In this document: piece after piece, positions 55,196 to 64,000 of the stretch
Layout of the letters: each line of letters begins with the position of its first letter
Numbering within the stretch: position 1 is the first letter of the stretch
Source of the DNA: Eledone cirrhosa
Taxonomy: Eukaryota
DNA length: 64,000 nucleotides
Assembly: GCA_964016885.1 (NCBI GenBank)
Contig: OZ024757.1
Coordinates: 19,096,001 to 19,160,000 of the forward strand
Direction of reading: 5' to 3'
Program-made: the position numbers and the translations under genes
Notes under the pieces: generated by a model
What the model saw: only the letters and a program-made list of their open reading frames with translations
The model's database searches: none
Told to the model about the DNA's origin: nothing

Positions 55196-56875
55196 TCAAC
55201 ATGAATGGACCTGTTATTTTTATCTAAAGACATTTTTTCCAATTCCAACCCGCCCGTCCCCTCAATCTATCTTATTTCTCAATCTTTCTTCTGATGAAGG
55301 ACTAGCGTCCGAAACGTTAAGACCCTCTTCCTGCTATTTCATGCGTTAACCTAATATATTCCTTCCATATACTGTACTGATTGTGTTGTTATTTCTGTTT
55401 ACCTTTTACATATATATATATATATATGTACATATATATATACACATATATATATATATACATGCAGAGACGGAGACAAGAATAAATAAATAAATAAAAT
55501 AAAAATGGCATAGACAATACAATACATTAGGAGGGAACATAATAATAGTACCACTGATGATGTTGCAGATGTGCAACGAAAGAACTTTGATAGACTATAT
55601 ATATATTTATATCTGTATTTTTAAACCATTGGTCAATCAATGGTAAACATTGATTGTCAAATAAATTATCTACGGAGATATAAAAGACACAGTGGAATCA
55701 AGCCTGATATATAATACATACAATGAAACACGTGTAAGTGTTACAGAACACATGATATTCCCAATCTTCTCGATTGCTCCAGTATACTCAGCTGAAGATG
55801 AGTACCAGTGAATGTGTTCTGTTATTATTTCTGGCAATATTATTACAACAATATGACCCTCCCCAAATATAACAACATATATATATATATATTTTATCAT
55901 CATTATCATCATTTTACATCCACTTTTCCCTGCTTGCAAGGGTGGGACGGGAACTGATTCTGGCTTGATTTCTACAGCTGGATGCCCTTCCTAGCACCAA
56001 CCTCATTTACAGTGAGTGCTGGGTGCTTTTTTGCCGTGGCACCTCCACAACCACTTTGTAGTGGAATGATAGGGACCCCAGTCCCTATCATCTCATTTCT
56101 ACAGCTGAGTAAACTGGAGCAATGTGAAATAAAGTGTCTTGCTCAAGGAAACAACACATCACCCAGTCTGAGAATTGAACTCACAACCTTTCGATTGCAA
56201 GGCCAATGCTCTAACCACTGAGCCATGTGCCTCCATATATATATATATGTTGTTATACTTGGGGAGGGTCATATTGTTGTAATAATTGTTTCTACGTTTG
56301 GCACAAGGCCAGGAATTATCCAGTACATTACTGGTACTTTATTTTATCGACCCAGTAAGGATGAAAGGCAAAGTTAACCTCGGCGGAATTTTAACTCAGA
56401 ATAGCAAGGGCCGTAACTCTATGCGTCAAAGCATGATGTCCGACTCTCTTCCGATACTGCCAATCCACCACCCTTGATAATTGTTTCTACTTTTGGCACA
56501 AGGCCAGCAATTGCCCCGTACATTACTGGTACTTTATTTTATCGAACCCGTATGCCAGAAATAATAACAGAACACACTCACTGTTTGGTTGGTTTTCGCT
56601 TCTGTATCTTTCGCTTGTGTATATATATATATACACTTGTGTATATATATATATACACAAGTGTATATATATATACACACAAGCGAAAGATACAGAAGTG
56701 AAAACCAACTAAACAGTGAGTGTGTTCTGTTATTATTTATATATATATATACGCTTGTGTATATATATATACACTTGTGTATATATATATATACACTTGT
56801 GTATATATATATATACACAAGTGTATATATATATGCACAAGCGAAAACCAACCAAACAGTGAGTGTGTTCTGTTA

Positions 56876-56906
<31 letters not shown>

Positions 56907-59900
56907 CACTTGTGTATATATATATATACACTTGTGTATATATATATAGACATATATTGCAGTTAGTAGAATGTATGTGGTGTTGTCTTGGAATCTCTGG
57001 AATAATTATGGAGGACATTTTATTTGCTTGATTTGATTTGGTTTTGTTTTTCGTATTTGTTTCATTTTTTTTTTGTTTTTGTTGTTGTTGTTGGTGTTGT
57101 TGTTGTTGTTGTTGTTGTTGTTATTAGTGTTGTTGTTGTTTTGTTAGTTTTCCAATGTTGTTCAGAATACAGAAGATATTGGATTTTTTTTTTTTATTGA
57201 TTTTTTTTCTTTTATTGATTAAACATATTCAAAATGGAACATCTGTAAAGTTTTCTTCTAAGAATAATTAACTTCTAATTAACAAAGAGTGTCTAATTGA
57301 TTTATTGCTTTTAATTATCAATAGATGTTTATACAAAATGATAATGATAATAATGTTGACGACGAAGATGTGTATAATAACAATGAGTATGATGATGGTG
57401 ATGGTGATGGTGGTGGTGGCGGTGATGGTGGTGGCGGTGATGGTGGTGGTGGTGGTGATGGTGATGGTGGTGGTGATGGTGGTGGTGATAGTTACAATGA
57501 TATTGATGATGGTGATGGTGGTGATGATGGTGGTGGTAATGTTGATGATGGTGATGGCGGTGATGGTGGTGGTGATGATGGTGGTGGTGGTGATGTTGAT
57601 GATGGCGGTGATAGTTACAATGATGATGATGGTGATGATGTGTATAATAACGATGATTATGATGATGGTGGCGATGGTGGTGGTGGTGATGGTGGTGATG
57701 ATGATGATAGTTATAATGATAGTGATGGCATTATGATGACGATGATGACTATGATGATGATCATTATGATGATGATGATGACAATGATGACTATGATGAC
57801 TATGATGATGACGATGATGACGATGATGATGACTATGATGACTATGATGACTATGATGACTATGATCATGACTATGATGACAATATAACTATGATGACTA
57901 TGATGATGACTATGATGACTATGATGACTGATGACTATGATGATGATGACTATGATGACTATGATGATGATGACTATGATGACTATGATGATGACTATGA
58001 TGACTATGATGACTGATGACTATGATGACTATGATGACAATGATGACTATGATGACTATGACTATGATGATGACTATGATGACTATGATGATGATGACTA
58101 TGATGATGACTATGATGATGATGACTATGAGGACTATGATGATGACTATGATGACTATGATGATGACTACGATGACTATGATGATGACTATGATGATGAT
58201 GACAATGATGACTATGATGATGACTATGATGACTATGACTATGACTATGATGACTATGATGATGATGAAACCACCCCAACAAGACATTCTAGAAAAGTAC
58301 CAACCATCACTTTGACTCTATCACATTAAACATTAAAGTCTTTACTTTAACCCTTCAGCATTTCAACTGACCCCACCGGGCCAGGGTCCCCCCCTCCCCG
58401 CTCCCTCTTTACACCAGCTGTAGCCAGCTGCTCATACTTTTGTTAAGGTATTGTTCTCAAAATAAATAATATCAAAATCTTGTAGATTTGATATTATGTG
58501 AGATAATGGCCGCCGCCATCAACACCATCACTACCATCTACCTACCACCACCACCGCCATCACCACCTACCTCTACCACCATCACTACCATCTACCTACC
58601 ACCACCGCTATCACCACTGCCATCACCACCTACCTCCACCATCACTACCATTTACCTACCACCACCACCGCCACCACCACCGCCATCACCACCTACCTCT
58701 ACCACCATCACTACCATCTACCTACCACCACCGCTATCACCACTGCCATCACCACCTACCTCCACCATCACTACCATTTACCTACCACCACCACCGCTGC
58801 CATCACCACCTACCTCTACCACCATCACTACCATCTACCTACCACCACCACCGCCATCACCACTGCCATCACCACCTACCTCTACCACCATCACTACCAT
58901 CTACCTACCACCACCACCGCCATCACCACTGCCATCACCTACCTCCACTATCACTACCATCTACCTACCACCACTGTTATCACCACTGCCATCACCTACC
59001 TCCACCATCACTACCATCTACCTACCACCACTGTTATCACCACTGCCATCACCATCACCACCACCATCACTACCATCTACCTACCACCACTGTTATCACC
59101 ACTGCCATCACCATCACCACCACCATCACTACCATCTACCTACCACCACTGTTATCACCACTGCCATCACCATCACCACCACCATCACTACCATCTACCT
59201 ACCACCACTGTTATCACCACTGCCATCACCATCACCACCACCATCACTACCATCTACCTACCACCACCACCTCCATCGCCACCATGACCATCACCTCCAT
59301 CGCCACCATGACCATCACCACAATCACCACTACCACCTAACACCACCATTACCACCGCCATCACCATCGCCACTACCTCTATCACCCCCCCCCCTCCCCG
59401 TTTCAGGTAATATTAGTGTTTGGTTGTGTCTAATTTTGTCTTGGTGATGGGTGTGGGGTGGGGGTCTAAGAGCACCCCCCCCCTCCCCGGGGTGGTGCGG
59501 TACTGCTAGTGTTTGGGAGCTGTCTAATTTGTGTTGATAGGGAGTGGATATCAACCCCCCCCCCCTTCACCGACCCCTAGAGATAGTGTTTTAATAGGGT
59601 CCCATAGAATTAGGTGGATTTACTATGAAAACATCACCCCTTCCACCCCCCTACCATTCTCTCTCTCTCTCCTCCCTCTCCCTCTCCCCTCTCTCCCTTT
59701 CCCTTTCTTTCTCTCTCTCTCTCTCACATATACACACACACATTAACACAGATCCCCCCCCACCCGGCACATACATACACAGACCAACACATGCGCACTC
59801 ATGCACATACACCCCCCCCCACACACACACACACCAACACAGAGTTATTTTATTGGTAATATACAACATTTAAGAGAATCTAAATGGAGTGTATATTTTA

Positions 59901-60166
59901 AAGGCAGTGCCACCACCTCCAACTCCACCCACAAGCCCCACCCCATGAATTATTATTTTATCGGGGGGGGGGGTTACCTGAGTGCAAGTCTATATATGAA
60001 TGAACGTCACTCAATGTAGTTCTCTTACTCAGCTGTAGTTTATGATCTTGCACTTGAGTGTGACTCGAGAAAGATACTATAAACATTTGGATTAACAAAA
60101 CGGATTTCACAGATTTTCTGCTAAATCATTACAGGATGTTAAGAATACACGCATATATAAATATAT

Positions 60167-60660
60167 CATCATCATCATCATCATCACCGTTTTACGTCCG
60201 TTCTTCCACGCTAGCTTGGGTTAGACGGGTTGTCCTGTTGTGGGCAGTGTCCGGTCGGCTGACCTTGTCTTGCTCATACGGGAACTGATTTTGGCTTGAT
60301 TTCTACAGCTAGATGCCCTTCCTAACACCAACCTCATTTACAGTGTGGGCTGGGTGCTTTTGTTGCCGTGGCACCTACACGACCACTTTACAGTGTGGTC
60401 TGGGTGCTTTTTTGCCGTGGTGCCTACATGACCACTTTACAGTGTGGACTGTGTCCTTTTTTTGCCGTGGCACCTCCACAACCACTTTACAGTGTGGGCT
60501 GGGTGCTTTTTTTCCGTGGTGCCTACATGACCACTTTACAGTGTGGGCTGGGTGCTCTTTTTGCCGTGGCACCTCCACGACCACTTTACAGTGTGGGCTG
60601 GGTGCTTTTTTTCCGTGGCGCCTACACGACCACTTTCCAGTGGGAGGGTGTGGGGGCATA
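60167..60660 (-). mobile_element. RTE-tail element with about 6 tandem ~49-bp internal units
   Basis: Units TTACAGTGTGGGCTGGGTGCTTTTTGCCGTGGCACCTNCACGACCAC at about 60338-60640; same tail as 49459-49740. Confidence 0.75.
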
Positions 60661-61366
60661 TATATATAACAAAGAAGGTGTGGTAAGATACCAGGGTACT
60701 CAATATTTAGGGTAGTAGATTGGGTAATAGTTTGAATCTAGCTGTTGAAACGGCTGGAGCTCAGCCGTCGGGGTCCTGAATCTTTTCCCTATATATATAT
60801 ATATATATATATATAGTCCACGCTGTAATGTGGTCGTGTAGGTAACATAGTAAAAAATTCCCAGTTCCACACTGTAAATGAGGTTGGTGTTAGGAGGGGC
60901 ATCCAGCTGTAGAAAACCTGCCAGATAGTCCTATATGAGCGAGACACGGTCACCCGACCAATCAAGTGGGACAACTCCTGTCTAACCCATGCTAACGTGG
61001 AAGATGGACATTAAACGATGATGATGATATATATATATAATTTTAACTCTGTCTTCTAATGAAGGATTAGTTTCCGAAATGTTAAGACTATCTTCCTGCT
61101 ATTTCAAGCATTAAATTAATATATGTACTGTACCATTTGTTTTATTATTTCTGTTTACCTTTTACATATATATATATTTAATATAGAAATGGCTTCTACA
61201 GGACTAGAACTGTTTCATTCAAAGAAAATCATCCGGACAGCCCTAATGATTTCCTTCAAATTAAACAGTTCTAGTCCTGTAGAAGCCATTTCTATATTAA
61301 ATACTTATACTCTGCTATGTATTGAGTACCTTACTTACTGTGGTTACCTCCAATTCAACCCGGAAT

Positions 61367-61435
<69 letters not shown>

Positions 61436-61495
61436 CCCAAGGCTCTGAAACCATCAACACCAAAAATACAGAGCTGGCATATCTAAGAATGACTA

Positions 61496-61551
61496 ACTGC
61501 CTGATGAGGTCATAGCCATTCAATGGCTATCATTGAAATATATATAGCAGT
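61496..61551 (+). ncRNA. Minimal type I hammerhead ribozyme, family K
   Basis: ACTGC CTGATGA GGTc ATAGCCAT tca ATGGCTAT cATT GAAA TATATA TA GCAGT: perfect stem I, long stem II, palindromic stem III. Confidence 0.8.
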
Positions 61552-61920
61552 AAATAAAGGATTATGAGTTCATGCAATTGACTTATGTTTCATCACTATA
61601 TTTATATATATTTATTTAAATATGTTATATATATATATATATATTGTTTTATAAATATAGTTTCCATTTGTTAATATATTGTATATATTTATTTAGCTTA
61701 TTTTAGTTATTGCTCGCACCAACCTGAGGTATCTGATTTTTAATGCGATGAAATACCAATGATGGTTGGCAAATCACTGATGAGGGACTAATTTTATAAT
61801 ATGTAATCCATGTGCAACCATGCAGTATTCTTCTCCCCTTGTTTTTCATATATATATATATATATATGCTATCTATTTAAAAATAATGTAACAAACCTCT
61901 CTTTTTAGAAAATATTTAAT

Positions 61921-61992
61921 CTAATTTTTTTTCTTTTTCTTTGTAGGTAAGTTGATAAATTCTCAATATTTCTTTGGGTCAGACAGGTAATG
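61921..61992 (+). other. Strong 3' splice site immediately followed by GTAAGT; candidate 40-nt exon or recursive splice site
   Basis: CTAAT branch point, ~18-nt polypyrimidine tract, GTAG|GTAAGT (AG at 61945-61946), second donor CAG|GTAATG at 61986/61987. Confidence 0.5.
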
Positions 61993-62006
61993 TACATTAT
62001 GTATTG

Positions 62007-62048
<42 letters not shown>

Positions 62049-62393
62049 TACACACACATCATTTCATTTCATCATTTCATTTTACGTCCGCTTTTTCCCT
62101 GCTTGCAAGGGTGGGACGGGAACTGATGCTGGCTTGATTTCTACAGCTGGATGCCCTTCCTAACACCAACCTCATTTACAGTGAGTGCTGGGTGCTTTTT
62201 TTTTGCCGTGGCACCTCCACGACCACTTTACAGTGGAATGATAGGGACCCCAGTCCCTATAACCTCATTTCTACAGCTGAGTAAACTGGAGCAATGTGAA
62301 ATAAAGTGTCTTGCTCAAGGAAACAACACATCACCCGGTCTGAGAATTGAACTCACAACCTTTCGATTGCAAGGCCAATGCTCTAACCACTAA

Positions 62394-62525
<132 letters not shown>

Positions 62526-63649
62526 TTAGTTAAGCAAAACAAGACCACAAATTTCACAAGGAAGACATTATTTAAAGATTGTCAACATATTTGTAGTTTG
62601 ATGTTAGGAATGTAGAGAATAATAATAATAATAATTGTTTCTACTTTAGGCACAAGGCCAGCAATTACCCAGTGCATTACTGGTACTTTATTTTATCGAC
62701 CCCATAAGGATGAAAGGCAAAGTTAACCTCGGCGGCATTTGAACTCAGATAATAATAATAATAATTGTTTCTACTTTAGGCACAAGGCCAGCAATTACCC
62801 AGTGAATTACTGGTTAATGTCCGTTTACAATTGTTTCGCTACTCCATATAATGTTTCTGGATCAAATGATTATAGATCATTATTGATCAGGTTGGCAGTA
62901 TCGGTAGAGGGTTGGTACGCCATACTTTCCAGCATAGTTACGTCCCTTTATGATCTGAGTTCAAATCCCGCAGAGGTTGACTTTGCCTTTCATCCTGACA
63001 GGGTCGATAAAATAAAGTACCAGTAATGCACTGGGTAATTGCTGGCCTTGTGCCTAAAGTAGAAACAATTATTGATCTGGTTCAGTTGAATATAATTAAC
63101 TTAGGTAAAATTGGAGCAGTTCATCGGAACTTGAAAAGGCCACCTAGCTGCCTTCCACTGCATATTGCACATTGAGCACATGCCTTTACGCTTTTGGCTT
63201 CTAACTAATTCACCAATCTCTCTTCTCCTCTCCTATCTCCATCTCTCTCTTTAAGATTAGTTACTCTTGAACTGTGTATATAATTGTATATATATATATA
63301 TATATATTTTCTCTTTTTCATCATCATTTTACGTCCGCTTTTCCCTGCTTGCAAGGGTGGGACGGGAATTGATTCTGGCTTGATTTCTACAGTTGGATGC
63401 CCTTCCTAACACCAACCTCATTTACAGTGAGTGCTGGGTGCTTTTTTGCCGTGGCACCTCCACGACCACTTTGCAGTGGAATGATAGGGACCCCAGTCCT
63501 TATCATCTCGTTTCTACAGCTGAGTAAACTGGAGCAATGTGAAATAAAGTGTCGTGCTCAAGGAAACAACACATCTCCCGGTCTGAGAATTGAACTCACA
63601 ACCTTTCGATTGCAAGGCCAGTGCTCTAACCACTAAGCCATGTGCTTCC

Positions 63650-63680
<31 letters not shown>

Positions 63681-63841
63681 GTTATGTAATAAACAACAAG
63701 ATAATTATTTCATTTACCAGTGGTTTCTTGAAGGCAGATGATGTGTCTATCTTCTGTACCTTTCCGACGGAAATACTTCATTTATATATATGTATATATA
63801 TAAATATATATACATATGCATACAGATACATATATACATAG

Positions 63842-63895
<54 letters not shown>

Positions 63896-64000
63896 GTTAT
63901 TAATAAGAAGAGTTGAAATTAATGCATGCAAGATTTCACTCCATTGTCAGCCTATGAACTTTTCAGCCCACCATTGTATAATCAGCTTTTTTAAGTGCAG

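Noticed and set aside
61719-61783. SECIS element interpretation of the K-turn motif
   Set aside because: The bulge is on the apical side, and the required ~11-12 bp helix II with apical AA is missing.

Overview
AT-rich, microsatellite-saturated animal genomic DNA, apparently intronic or intergenic. The SINE and LINE repertoire resembles octopod cephalopods; this is an inference from recalled repeat motifs. Nearly all listed ORFs are translations of simple repeats. The only convincing coding sequence comes from retrotransposons: two near-identical 5'-truncated RTE-clade LINE copies (RT plus a PHD-like finger; 36879-39171 and 42217-44030), further RTE 3' fragments and a CR1-like fragment. Between them lie at least three SINE families, TA- and TTAA-flanked MITEs and many minisatellites, several seeded from MITE or SINE parts. 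The main unexplained signal is about 20 minimal hammerhead-ribozyme motifs (CUGANGA-stem II-GAAA-short, often palindromic stem III-UH) from about 8 unrelated short repeat families. These sit in (TA)n tracts, often as head-to-head fold-back palindromes, which fits Penelope-like pLTR or retrozyme-type elements. Also noted: two hammerheads with very long stem II inserts, a terminally redundant element with a kink-turn-like RNA motif, and an AG|GTAAGT candidate recursive splice site or micro-exon near 61946. All folds were paired by eye and coordinates are approximate.
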